A stretch of 64,000 bases of DNA from a virus. The DNA lies in the IMG/VR virus record IMGVR_UViG_3300044613_002638, positions 1 through 64,000 of that record, one strand, 5' to 3'. A model generated the notes under the pieces. The model was not told where the DNA came from. It made no database searches and was given only the letters and a program-made list of their open reading frames with translations. Shown piece by piece: positions 1 through 10,500 of the stretch (position 1 is its first letter; each line of letters begins with the position of its first letter). The translations under genes were made by a program, and so were the position numbers.

Positions 1-508
1 CACCTTCGCGGAATCCGGCACGCCATGCTTGTTTAGCACTACCATTGGGGTAGGTTGTACTATAACAATTGTGCATGGCTGTATACTTAGGATCAAAGCA
101 AAATTCAACTGCCGTTTCTTCATCACCAAGGCTAGCTTCGTGCGTCCTCATATTGTTAACAAAATTTTGAGTCCAACAACTAACACCACCATTGCCATAA
201 CGTAAACCATTTATTACGTTACGTGCTTTCCACCTAAAAACGTGGTCACGATTTGTCTCGTCCAACGATAGTTGTAAGTTAAAAAATTCTGGATCCGGAA
301 TATTATCTCCATCAATAAGAACGAAACGGTCTGTGTCGCTGGCGGCTGCGGCTGCTTTATGCGCCGCATCAGACCCTTTAACTCCATCAACTCTCTTTGC
401 CCACGGCACCATGTTTTTAATCTTGATCCAAAATTCTTCTTTTTTAGGTTCATCATATGTTAAAAAGATGCAATCTAAATCTGCTATATCAATTATTTGT
501 GCGTTCAT
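1..508 (-). CDS. Glycosyltransferase-like protein (GT-A fold), truncated by window edge; not in ORF track
   Basis: Manual translation from ATG at 508: MNAQIIDIADLDCIFLTYDEP...VLIDGDN...WKARNVINGLRYGNGG...AWRAGFREG, open to base 1; DxD-type motif (DGD). Confidence 0.7.
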   Translation of the reverse strand, partial: MNAQIIDIADLDCIFLTYDEPKKEEFWIKIKNMVPWAKRVDGVKGSDAAHKAAAAASDTDRFVLIDGDNIPDPEFFNLQLSLDETNRDHVFRWKARNVINGLRYGNGGVSCWTQNFVNNMRTHEASLGDEETAVEFCFDPKYTAMHNCYSTTYPNGSAKQAWRAGFREG

Positions 509-869
509 AAAATTCTATTTCAGTATATTCTTCATTGCAAGTCAATGCCAAAGCAGCATGGCCTTTTACCACCCGCTGTCCTTGTGTGCTTTTTTTTATT
601 TTTACTCGAATAGGAGTGTGCGGGTCTATTATTTTCAATGCGCCATTGGATACACGCAGTAGATTTGTATTAGTTCTATGAAATATATCAGGATCGGATA
701 GTACTATATAGTTGCCTTCAGGATGTCCTGTTTCCCATAACCCAATAATGGTGCCATCTGTGTTGTAATAAAGTCTATATTCTTTAATTAACCGAGGACG
801 ATTGCGTTCTAGTTCCTCCGCTAGCTCTAGTCCTTTAACTAATTCCTGCCATGGATCTAAAATAGTCAT
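489..869 (-). CDS. Hypothetical protein in glycosyltransferase cluster
   Basis: 126-aa ORF overlapping both neighbours, same strand. Confidence 0.7.
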   Translation of the reverse strand: MTILDPWQELVKGLELAEELERNRPRLIKEYRLYYNTDGTIIGLWETGHPEGNYIVLSDPDIFHRTNTNLLRVSNGALKIIDPHTPIRVKIKKSTQGQRVVKGHAALALTCNEEYTEIEFYERTNN

Positions 870-1674
870 ACATCTCCTCAGTTGGAAAATCTTTTTTGTG
901 ATAATGAACGGGATGGTATTGATTAATATTATTAATTCTGATTATGCCCGAACAAAACTCTGTTACATAAACGTCCTGAAAGTTGGCTGATTCATCGTAA
1001 CCATTTATTGAAGGTTTCATATGAACAAAATTTATAAAATCAAGACTGGGAATAGTACAGAGTTCTCTACCAATTATATCTGCGGCCAAAGCATATACCA
1101 CATCAGTGGTTGGCTCCGGATCTCTACAATTTAACAATATACCTTGTATATTATTCCAATTATTAAAAATTTCAGCTGCCAATTTAAAAAACATTGCTGC
1201 TGTCTGACTATATCTAAAATACATTAGACCATTGTAAACGTCTGGTAAATTATTATCATCAAATAATTTCCTATAACGTCTTGATTGTGCAGGTTGTTGC
1301 AAATAATTTTTACAGCCAGTACTTAATACTAGGTCGCGTAATCTAAAAGCGGTCCACCAATGGTCGATAGTTGTAGGAAATAATACATCACTTTCTATCT
1401 TAATTGTTTCTTTAAAAGGAGTTAACCAAAATGCCTGTACTTCTAAACCATATGGTCCTGTGGTGCTGGCCGGTGATTCAATTATATAGTCAAACGCTTG
1501 TCTATGATGTTCTTGTATAAGCGTATTTGTGTTAGGGTCAACAATTACTGCAAATGATCGAACACGTTGTGTTGCTTTTATATTTAGTGCTTGTAGATAA
1601 GCGAGTTCGAGGTAATTTACCTCGTTGGTATTAGCAGCTATAGTCAAAAATCCTTGTTGTTCTTTATGATTCAT
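835..1674 (-). CDS. Nucleotide-diphospho-sugar transferase-like protein (degenerate DxD)
   Basis: GFLTIA...YLELAYLQA N-terminus, TPFKETIKIESD, PDVYNGLMYF, TDVVYALA, FVHMK; paralogous in layout to the next gene. Confidence 0.6.
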   Translation of the reverse strand: MNHKEQQGFLTIAANTNEVNYLELAYLQALNIKATQRVRSFAVIVDPNTNTLIQEHHRQAFDYIIESPASTTGPYGLEVQAFWLTPFKETIKIESDVLFPTTIDHWWTAFRLRDLVLSTGCKNYLQQPAQSRRYRKLFDDNNLPDVYNGLMYFRYSQTAAMFFKLAAEIFNNWNNIQGILLNCRDPEPTTDVVYALAADIIGRELCTIPSLDFINFVHMKPSINGYDESANFQDVYVTEFCSGIIRINNINQYHPVHYHKKDFPTEEMYDYFRSMAGIS

Positions 1675-2444
1675 AAATTATCAACCAATAATTGAAAATC
1701 TTTGCTTTGTAAGTAAGCTTTACTCATAATATGAATATTTGTACGTGGTATTACGTAACTACGATTTTCATCTTTAATAATTAATTGCAAGCCATGAATA
1801 CTAATTGATTTAATAACTTGATCTACTGTCAACATGTTACCAGGAATAGACTGTTCACATTTTGTATAACCATTTAAAATATAATCTGCTATAGCAAAAG
1901 CGTAATCATTTCTATAATTGCGTTCAACTATATTAAAAAGATTACGATAGTATTCGTAGTTGTCTTGCACTCTACTTACCAAATGAAAAAATAATTTTGA
2001 GCGAAATGTTTTTCTAAAAGCAAATACAGTTGCCCAAACAAAAGGTAGACTATTTGGGCCCATAGCAGAGGGCCACTCTTGAGTAAGTGCATAACTATTT
2101 CTTTGTAACAAATAATCCCATGACGTGTCAAAAATCGTATTTAAATTATTGTCCAATATTAAATAATCAGCATCGATAACTAAAGTTTCGTCATAAGGAC
2201 TAAGTTCATATACAGAGTGTCTATCAAAATTATTCCATTGTACAAATTGTTCTGTATCAATGTCAAATCTTTGGTTCCCGGCACTCGCTTGCGGACTCAA
2301 AATTGTGTACGGAAGATTAAGAGTTTGACTGGCTATTTTTAACGTCCGTGTGGCAATCTCAACATAATTCGTAGTTTCTGTATTAACAGCGAATGCTACT
2401 ATACCTCTAGATTTTTCTGATTTTTCTAAGTTCTTCGTATTCAT
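1671..2444 (-). CDS. Nucleotide-diphospho-sugar transferase-like protein
   Basis: SPYDETLVIDADY (DxD), WATVFAFRK, RNDYAFAIA, HIMSK motifs. Confidence 0.65.
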   Translation of the reverse strand: MNTKNLEKSEKSRGIVAFAVNTETTNYVEIATRTLKIASQTLNLPYTILSPQASAGNQRFDIDTEQFVQWNNFDRHSVYELSPYDETLVIDADYLILDNNLNTIFDTSWDYLLQRNSYALTQEWPSAMGPNSLPFVWATVFAFRKTFRSKLFFHLVSRVQDNYEYYRNLFNIVERNYRNDYAFAIADYILNGYTKCEQSIPGNMLTVDQVIKSISIHGLQLIIKDENRSYVIPRTNIHIMSKAYLQSKDFQLLVDNL

Positions 2445-2721
2445 TATGCCACCGATTCATTACCAATTGGTAGTGTTGCTGCGCTGTTAATAAAAATGCT
2501 TGTTTATCAATTTTAATAGGATTTTGATACACGTCTTCTAAATATATTTCATCGTCCGGCCATGTTTTTACAAATGCATAAAGTTCAGGAGTAATTTTAA
2601 ACATACCTCCGTTGTGAGTCATGTGTAAATCAGTTTGAATTTTTTCTCGTAGCACTTTTTTATTAATTTGAAAATCCGTGGCTAGTCGAATCTCATTCAC
2701 TAAGTTATCTATATTGGTCAT
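2407..2721 (-). CDS. Hypothetical protein
   Basis: 104-aa ORF overlapping the downstream GT gene. Confidence 0.7.
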   Translation of the reverse strand: MTNIDNLVNEIRLATDFQINKKVLREKIQTDLHMTHNGGMFKITPELYAFVKTWPDDEIYLEDVYQNPIKIDKQAFLLTAQQHYQLVMNRWHNEYEELRKIRKI

Positions 2722-2737
2722 GTGTATAAATGTAGAA

Positions 2738-2770
2738 ACTGGTTAGTGTACACATTGTACACTAACCAGT
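2738..2770. repeat. Perfect 15-bp inverted repeat (hairpin); possible terminator, attenuator or processing site
   Basis: actggttagtgtaca-cat-tgtacactaaccagt, intergenic between structural and GT genes. Confidence 0.75.
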
Positions 2771-2788
2771 AGTAAAATGTAAAGACTT

Positions 2789-3748
2789 TTAAGAACCTTG
2801 TCTGGTTACAGTCACGGCACCCCAGGTATTGGAAAGATTATTATCTTCTGGATAAGAAACGTCAACTGTTACTGTAGGAGTTAAACTTAGATCATCATCA
2901 AAACTCAAACCACCTGCGTTAGCGCCTGATGAAGAATTAATTGTTGCCCAAAAACTTAAAATGTCACCATTGTCATTGAACTGTCCACGTGTGCCATTTG
3001 TTCTTACTGTAATCGTGCCCGTATCAGTGGTATAACTTGATGTTGTGCTGGTAATACTAACCACCGTAGTGTTGGCTACAGTTAAGTTATAATATCCAAC
3101 AGTGGTTAAATTTGTATTTAAAGTTCCACTACTCCCTGTTCTTCCGCCATTGGTGTTTGCTCCAAAGAGTGCAATGCCACCAAGGTTATTTACAACTGCT
3201 AGTGCTGCAACAGATCTTGCACTAGCACCCGAAGTAGCTGTGATGTTAAATTTTAATTGTCCGCCAGAATTAAAAAAGAATCTAGCCTTGTCTGGACTTT
3301 CGAATGCAACGTTTGCACCAAAAGATCTAGTAAGTGTAGCAGAGGTTGTTGCAGATGTCCAGGCAGAGTAAGCAGTCAATGAGTTATGATTAGCTATCAC
3401 AGCAGAATTAGTTGCAAACAAAAGTCTGTCTTGATTAATTCTTGTAATTGCAGTAGGCACACCGCCCGAAAATCCAATTAACTGTCCGGCTGTATTTGCA
3501 GTTAGTCCCGAACTTGTATTTCTAATATGTAAATTAGCACTATTAATTCTGTTGACTAAAGTTGCCCATTGAGTAGCTGTTACTGTTGATGATACTGATA
3601 CATTGCTAATAGGAGTTTGTCCATATCCTCTACTATTAGCACCCCAGGCCCATGCCGCATGTAATGTGTTTGGGTTAACGCTAGTATTTGCACCAATTAA
3701 ATTATTATAATCAGTCGCCTCAATTAAATTACCTTGAGCATAACTCAT
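2789..3748 (-). CDS. Putative virion structural (tail/baseplate-associated) protein
   Basis: 319 aa, Thr/Ser/Asn/Gly-rich, last gene of baseplate block, AGGA RBS. Confidence 0.65.
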   Translation of the reverse strand: MSYAQGNLIEATDYNNLIGANTSVNPNTLHAAWAWGANSRGYGQTPISNVSVSSTVTATQWATLVNRINSANLHIRNTSSGLTANTAGQLIGFSGGVPTAITRINQDRLLFATNSAVIANHNSLTAYSAWTSATTSATLTRSFGANVAFESPDKARFFFNSGGQLKFNITATSGASARSVAALAVVNNLGGIALFGANTNGGRTGSSGTLNTNLTTVGYYNLTVANTTVVSITSTTSSYTTDTGTITVRTNGTRGQFNDNGDILSFWATINSSSGANAGGLSFDDDLSLTPTVTVDVSYPEDNNLSNTWGAVTVTRQGS

Positions 3749-3762
3749 ATTTGTTTCCTTCT

Positions 3763-5424
3763 TTAACTATTGAATTTTACAATTGCTTCAATGATGCCTT
3801 CTTTGTCATCATTTTTATTTTCAAGGCTTCTTCCGATAACATTCCACGGAGTTATTTCGCTTTTTTTCCCAGCTCTAGCCAAACCTTTTCCTGCACTTAC
3901 TAAACGATCGCCTTTGTTAACTTTGCCTATTACTCTAACAGGCACTCTACCATTGACTGCCACCGGCGGATGAGTAGAGTTATCCCCGGCACTTCCGTTC
4001 ATTAAAAATGCTGCTTTTGTACTTATCACCCCAAACACACTATCACACAATTCATCATCGGCAGAAGTTATTTCTTTTTCTCCGCCTAACGATACAACTG
4101 TTCCTGCTTCGTATGGCTTATCTGCTTCAAATCGTTCTGCTAAGTCAGCATATTGTGCCTGTACTGATCTTCCAAAAAAGGTGTTGAACCACATACCATT
4201 ACTTCCTAAATTTACTGTTACATTAGAAGTAGGTAAAATTGTGCTCGAAACATAAATTGTAGAAACATTAGACAAAGTACTAAACGTGTTTGCAGCATAC
4301 ACGTTGCCAATTAACATACTTTGTGTGAACACGTTACTCCATCTGTTTGTAACATTACCTAAAGTATAAGTTACATTAGCTGAAGGATTTAGACTTCCAG
4401 CAAAGGTGGTAATTCCAGTACCTCCACCTAGCACAGTATCAACATAGGTTTTAGTTGCTAATGATAAGCCCGGCGATGTAGATGTTGGGCTACTATACGC
4501 TTCAGGTAAACCAGTTAAGTAATTTCCTTTAAAAAATGAAGTTTGTACCCCGCCTGTTTTGAGGCTTAAAATCAAATCTTTATTATTTGATGCATTTCTT
4601 AAAATTGCATCGCCACTGCTGATTCTCGCTTCAAATCCGGTTGTACCTGAACCTGCAGCAGCGCCAGCACCTAATGCCAAGCCGTTATCATTTGTTAATG
4701 TTAAAGATCCATTGACAGTCCCAGAAGCATCGCTTCTTAGAAAACTTGATCCGGGAATAGCCACTCCATTTACATATAATTGATTAGCTACATCAGCATT
4801 ACCATAAAAAGCTTGAGGTATTGCTGTGCTAAAATTAAGACCGCGATTAATTGTAAGAAATCCTGGCTCACTTGTTTGAAATGATGCCTCTTTACTCCAG
4901 ATTCCTACTAGAATGTTGTCGATATAAAACTTTAGAACGACGTAAGTTGCAGAAGGCGATGTTGCTGTAATAGTGTCTGGAATTGCACCAGAATTACCTG
5001 TTGCTATTGATGCCGCAGGTCCAATCGTGGTCCATGAAGCACCTGTCCAAACTTTAAGCTGTCCTGTAATTGTGTCAAACCATTGTTCTCCTGGCACCGG
5101 AGTGGTTGTAAAACTAGAAGCATACGTCATTGTAGCAATAGTTTTCCACACTGCATTAACAGTACCTTTAACGCTGGCGGTATTGATATTTAGATATTTT
5201 GAAGTTGAATTCCACCACAACTGTCCTGGCAATGGAGCGGACGGTTGCGACGAATTGCTAAAATTTTCCATAATACGTACCATATTCTGATTTAAAAATA
5301 TGCCGTATCCAGGATAGTTTTTGCCAACTAAAGTTAAACTGCTATTTGCGGTATCAATGGTACCATCCGGAAGTCCACCAGAAATTAAAGCAGAACCGTT
5401 AGTTAGTGTTATGTTATATGACAT
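3763..5424 (-). CDS. Baseplate-attached fibre protein with C-terminal autoproteolytic chaperone (peptidase G2/IMC-like) domain
   Basis: N-terminal LTLVGKNYPGYG..NQN..ENF..P..GQLWW; C-terminal YADLAE...GVIST...GRVPVRV.G.V.KGD.LV. Confidence 0.7.
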   Translation of the reverse strand: MSYNITLTNGSALISGGLPDGTIDTANSSLTLVGKNYPGYGIFLNQNMVRIMENFSNSSQPSAPLPGQLWWNSTSKYLNINTASVKGTVNAVWKTIATMTYASSFTTTPVPGEQWFDTITGQLKVWTGASWTTIGPAASIATGNSGAIPDTITATSPSATYVVLKFYIDNILVGIWSKEASFQTSEPGFLTINRGLNFSTAIPQAFYGNADVANQLYVNGVAIPGSSFLRSDASGTVNGSLTLTNDNGLALGAGAAAGSGTTGFEARISSGDAILRNASNNKDLILSLKTGGVQTSFFKGNYLTGLPEAYSSPTSTSPGLSLATKTYVDTVLGGGTGITTFAGSLNPSANVTYTLGNVTNRWSNVFTQSMLIGNVYAANTFSTLSNVSTIYVSSTILPTSNVTVNLGSNGMWFNTFFGRSVQAQYADLAERFEADKPYEAGTVVSLGGEKEITSADDELCDSVFGVISTKAAFLMNGSAGDNSTHPPVAVNGRVPVRVIGKVNKGDRLVSAGKGLARAGKKSEITPWNVIGRSLENKNDDKEGIIEAIVKFNS

Positions 5425-5485
5425 TTGAAAAATTCTCCAACTTTTATATTTATGTTATTATTTTTAACGCAGAAATCATAATATC

Positions 5486-6793
5486 TTAAACTCTGCCAAC
5501 TGCAATTTGTATTATTCCAATATCGTTGTTATTTTTTTCTTCAATAGCTTTGCCAATGATAGTTCCAATTTGAGGATTAGATGCTTTTTTAGCATGTCCA
5601 TCAATATCGCTTGTTGTTAGCAAGTCGCCTTTTTGAATTTCACCTACAACCTTGCAAGGAACTCTTCCAACTAAAGCAACACAAACTTTTATTCCTTGTT
5701 GCTGGCTATTCATTGTGTAAGCTGGGTTGGTAGTGACTACTCCCACTACTCTAGTATCATTTTCATATGTAGAGCTAGTAACTTCTTTTGCACCACCAAA
5801 AACAACTACAGTCCCCGGTTCATAATCCATGTCGCCTTCGTAATATTCAGCCAAATCAGCGTAAGTAGCCTCGATATTAGCTTCAAACCCTAAATTCCAT
5901 TGTCCTAATATTGTAACAGGTGTATTGGCAGTATTAGAGCCTTGTGCGCTTAAAATTGTAATGCCACCGGGGGTTTTTAGGTTAATAGCGACGTTTCCAG
6001 TTCCTGAATTATTTAGAGCTACATTAGAATTAATTCGTAGTTCATTGGTGTTGACACTGCCTGTGCCCGAAACTATACCATTTACAGTAGCATTTAGAGC
6101 TTGCAAACTTAGATTTGAATAAGTTTGATAAGCACCTAAATTGGCATTAATTGAATCAATATTTGTAGTTATATTAGTAAATTTACTATTTGCGTAGGTT
6201 TGAAAAGATCCTAAATTAGCATTTATAGAATCTATATCAGCCGTTCTTAGAGATAAATTTGCTAATACTACATTGTTTAGAGAATCTACATAAATTTTTG
6301 TAGGAATGCCTAAACTACTTACTGCGTTTCCATTGACCTCAGGAAGGCCCGTGACGCCATTAAAATTTATAATTCTGGTGCTAGTACCATTGACGTTAGA
6401 GAAAAAGCTTACATTGCCAAAATTGAATGAATTAGTAAATTGAACATTTCCGCCTACTTCTTTTATAGAAAACCCAGCGCCACCTAGTTCTAAATTTCCG
6501 CCGATATCAACATTACTACTAATCACACTTCCAATTGGAATCCAAGTGTTGGCTATAGAATAAATTTTTAGACTAGTATTTCCTTTATCAAAATAAAGTT
6601 GTCCGGTAATAGGAAAAGCAGGTTCAATATTACTACTAAAATTTTCTAAAAGATGAACAAAATTTTCATTGGTTTCATCTCCGTAATTAGTAGCTAATCT
6701 CCCAAAAAGTGTTAAACTAGTTGATGTAGTATCTTTAGTTCCATCTAATACTGTAATAATACTTCCATCTGATTTGCTAACATAATATGGCAT
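5486..6793 (-). CDS. Paralogous baseplate fibre protein with C-terminal IMC-like domain
   Basis: Same N-terminal ENF..P.GQLYF motif and YADLAE...GRVPCKV..KGDLL C-terminus. Confidence 0.7.
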   Translation of the reverse strand: MPYYVSKSDGSIITVLDGTKDTTSTSLTLFGRLATNYGDETNENFVHLLENFSSNIEPAFPITGQLYFDKGNTSLKIYSIANTWIPIGSVISSNVDIGGNLELGGAGFSIKEVGGNVQFTNSFNFGNVSFFSNVNGTSTRIINFNGVTGLPEVNGNAVSSLGIPTKIYVDSLNNVVLANLSLRTADIDSINANLGSFQTYANSKFTNITTNIDSINANLGAYQTYSNLSLQALNATVNGIVSGTGSVNTNELRINSNVALNNSGTGNVAINLKTPGGITILSAQGSNTANTPVTILGQWNLGFEANIEATYADLAEYYEGDMDYEPGTVVVFGGAKEVTSSTYENDTRVVGVVTTNPAYTMNSQQQGIKVCVALVGRVPCKVVGEIQKGDLLTTSDIDGHAKKASNPQIGTIIGKAIEEKNNNDIGIIQIAVGRV

Positions 6794-6797
6794 AGCT

Positions 6798-7502
6798 TTA
6801 TCCTATACTACTTAAATTCGTGAGAGTTTGTATTCTAACGGTATAATCAATTTGAATAAGCCTATTAAGACTTTTTTGAACAGGATGGAAAATTACATGA
6901 GTCAATAACTTACCAGTAGTTGTTAATCCAGAAGTGCCATCAGTACTTCTTGCTTTTAATCCAAGTTCATCAAAAGTATATGTATCTTCTAAATTAGTAC
7001 TGTTATCAAAAGAACTTTGTCCAACTGGTTCTCCGTAGTCTATTAGACAACTTATAACTATATCAGTATATACTCGTCCTGGTACGTGTCTTATTTCGAT
7101 TTTATTTCTAGTTGGATCAGAATTTAAAGCACTGGTGTTATCAATAATTTTAGCAAATGTAGGGTTATACAAATTGCTGTTACTAGTATTAACATTAGGT
7201 GGTAAGTAATTGATTATTCCTGTTGGGTCCACGCTAGTGCCACCATTTCCAAAATGCATTTCATAAATGTAACTTTGCCCCTTGTTGGCTAGTGTATATG
7301 CAATAGCTTCGCTGATATTTTCGTAATGTATTGCATTACGTTTATCTATAAAAACTTCGCCACTCTCTGGATCAAAGATTTTAATGTGCCCTTGGACGTT
7401 TATTCCGCCAACTTCGTTGGGCTCTGTATCTTCACTTACAAAATTAAGTTCCAAATCTTCCATATTTTTATCCATATTACTATTTAGTTGGTCTTTTATC
7501 AT
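6798..7502 (-). CDS. Baseplate/fibre-attachment protein (true start may be ATG 7475)
   Basis: FGNGG, FDELGL, LLTHVIFHPVQKSLNR..IDYT motifs; TAAATA promoter at 7481-7486 lies just before ATG 7475. Confidence 0.6.
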   Translation of the reverse strand: MIKDQLNSNMDKNMEDLELNFVSEDTEPNEVGGINVQGHIKIFDPESGEVFIDKRNAIHYENISEAIAYTLANKGQSYIYEMHFGNGGTSVDPTGIINYLPPNVNTSNSNLYNPTFAKIIDNTSALNSDPTRNKIEIRHVPGRVYTDIVISCLIDYGEPVGQSSFDNSTNLEDTYTFDELGLKARSTDGTSGLTTTGKLLTHVIFHPVQKSLNRLIQIDYTVRIQTLTNLSSIG

Positions 7503-10500
7503 GGTACGTAACTAGGCTCCGCTCTTATAAATTGTGCTCCTTGTGTGGTGCTATTTTGTAAAGTAGTGCTAAATTGTTCCCATATATTACTGCGTAATAA
7601 TTTAACTCCCGAAACAATTACATTACCGTTTGCGTTTATTGCTCCTAACACAGAGGTGTTGATAACATTTGCAGTTAATGAACTAACCCCGCTAGTTGTA
7701 CTTACTAGATTAATTCTAGTTCCAATATTAGAAGCGGATACAAATGCACCTGTAACATAATCAACTGCTACTATATTACCACTTACAACGTCTTGTAAAA
7801 CACGAACATTGGCAGTATTTCCTATAAATTGTGTGATATAATCTCCTACATTCGCCGTAATGTTCGAACTTAAGATAAGTTTAAACGTGACATTGGCAGT
7901 TGTAGTCACATTACCTGTTACAGGTACCGAAGTAAATATCTGAGAATTTGGAATTAGTTGTGATTGACTACTGTCGGACACAAGATTTCCTAATACAATA
8001 ATGTTAGCAATTCCAGTACCATCTACACCTCTACGAATTTGTCTTAAAGAGTTCAATGTTATTAACGTTAAATTAGCTGTGTTTACATACACGTTGGCAT
8101 TGGCATAGACATTCCCAGAAGTCAAGTATACATTTCCATCTAGTGATATTAATGTATTGATAGCAATGTTTGTATTTGAACTCCAAGGTATAGCTGTTGC
8201 CATTTTTGCGCTGTCGTATTTTTGATAGTAATGTATTTTTTCACCATTGATAAAAACAACACCTGGATTTCCAAGTTCCGGGCTAGGTGTAGGTAATACT
8301 GCTGCATCGGCAATTAATATTTCGTTATCTGTTAATGATAAGTTAGCTGAAAGTGTAGTTGTTGAATTTGAACTGATTCTTGTATAAACTACATTTGCAC
8401 TCATTGGTTGGAAAACTCTAAATCCATATGTTGCTGTATTTCCTACGGTGTTGCTGAAAACTCTCATTTCCAAGGCATCATATAATCTGCCTGGTATGAG
8501 TTCTTCTGGTGCATGACTCGAATATAGATCAACGTAAGCACCACCTACAATGTTAATATCTTGTGGCCTAGTGCCTAGTTCTGTATCAAGGTAAGTGCTA
8601 TAGATATTAGAATCAATTATTGAATTTGTATCAATGTAGGTTATTGTTGTGTTGACATTCCCTCCAATATAAACATTTCCAATATTTGCATTTGTAATTA
8701 CACCATTGATGCTAATAACATTCGCAGATTCAGTAAACGCTGGAATAGTATAGATTATGTCTAAGGTTCTAGAATTAGTAACTGATTGTAAAACATAAGC
8801 ATTAGCTAAAGTATTCGCCTGTGTAACATAATCACCTGCGTTTGCAGTTATTGCATCCCCTAAGGTTAATCTGTAGGTTGTTTCAATTGGCTCGCCTGTC
8901 AATATCATTGCATCACGTTCAATACCTACAATGCTGAAAAATCCGTTATTTTGGAAAGAGAACGGTACATTTGCTTCTATTTTAATAGTCTTGTTTAGTT
9001 CAAAACCAAGTTTAACGAAATCAACTACAGCAATATTACCACTGTTTATTGTTAAACCTTCGTAGTTAAAGGAAATTATATTACTAGTTAAAGTAAACGT
9101 ATTTGCTCTAAAATCTGGACCTATAACTGATGTTCCGGGATATTCTAATCCATAAACCAATTCATTTAAATTTTTCCCTGTCATACCAACTGTTGGTTGA
9201 TAGTAAGAAACTATTCGATCGATTGCGTTTAAAAGAACATTACCACTATCAATTTGGCTAAATCTTGTAAAATCAAAAATTGCTTCTGTTGTTACGTTTG
9301 CATTAGTGGCTAGATAAGCTTGATTATTGTAAACAACAATATTGCCAGATGTAATGTATACGTTACCACTATCAGTTGTTGTGTTTCCAGCTACTACAAT
9401 CGTATTTGCATAAGCGGTGTTTGGTTGCCATGTAATTAAATTGCTTGTATATGCTATTCTATCTAATTTAATTGTAGTGTCTATGCTTCTAATTAAATTG
9501 TAACTTAAATTAGCTTGTACAGAATAAAATTCATTTTTCAAAATAGGATACGCAGTTGCTCCTACGCCGTCGCCATTTATAAAAACATTAGGTGTTGAAG
9601 TATATCCTAAACCTGGATTGATAACAGTTATTCCCTGCACTCGTCCGTTTCCAAAAAGTGTTGTAACAGCAGTAGCTCCAGATCCGCCGCCGCCGGTGAT
9701 CTCTACGTTAGGAGGCAGCAAATAATTAACACCAATGTTTCCTAAGATAAAATCAACAACTTTAAATTTATAATTATTTGCATAATCAGAATACAAGTCA
9801 GACGAAAATAATTCAGAATCTGATAAAAGATTTATATCAGGGCTTCTAAAAGAACTATAACGAGAATCATATGCACTTGGAACATCAAAATCAGTCCAAT
9901 CACCATCTGCATAATCTTCTTTAAAATAACTAGGAACATATTCTCTTACCTGAGTTCTATATGGTTTTACTTCTTGGATATAATCATTGTAAAAACTTTG
10001 ATTATCTCTTATATAACTCGGGAACTGTTCTAATGTTCTTAAATTATGGAAAACATCAATAAAACTTGTCTTAAAAATCCAGTCTGGTGTTTTTTGCTCA
10101 GCAAAAATTAAATTTATAATTGTAAAAAATAGTTCATTAAATTCTGCGCTAAGGTATCCTGTCAAAATCTCGTAATAAACACTATCATATATGTTTTGAA
10201 ATTCAATAACAGGTTGTGGATCAAGCCCAATGGAATCAAAAACAGCGGTGTCATACCCAATTCCGCTTAGAACATCATAAATTCCGCTGCTTAGTTCTAG
10301 TGTGCCCTCTTCTGCTCCAATTAAATTTAATGAATAATCATCAAGAACTTCATATAGCAACCATTTATTTTGACCATTGTCTAAAACTTTTATATAGTCT
10401 CCAACAAGTAATTCAATGGCCTGGATGTCTGAATATATACCAACTGTATAATTTATATCTTTACCGTTTTGGTAACTAGCATCATACCATACTTTTGGAG

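Noticed and set aside
214-456. 80-aa minus-strand ORF in the track
   Set aside because: Alternative frame inside the GT-like gene 1-508, which carries the recognisable motifs
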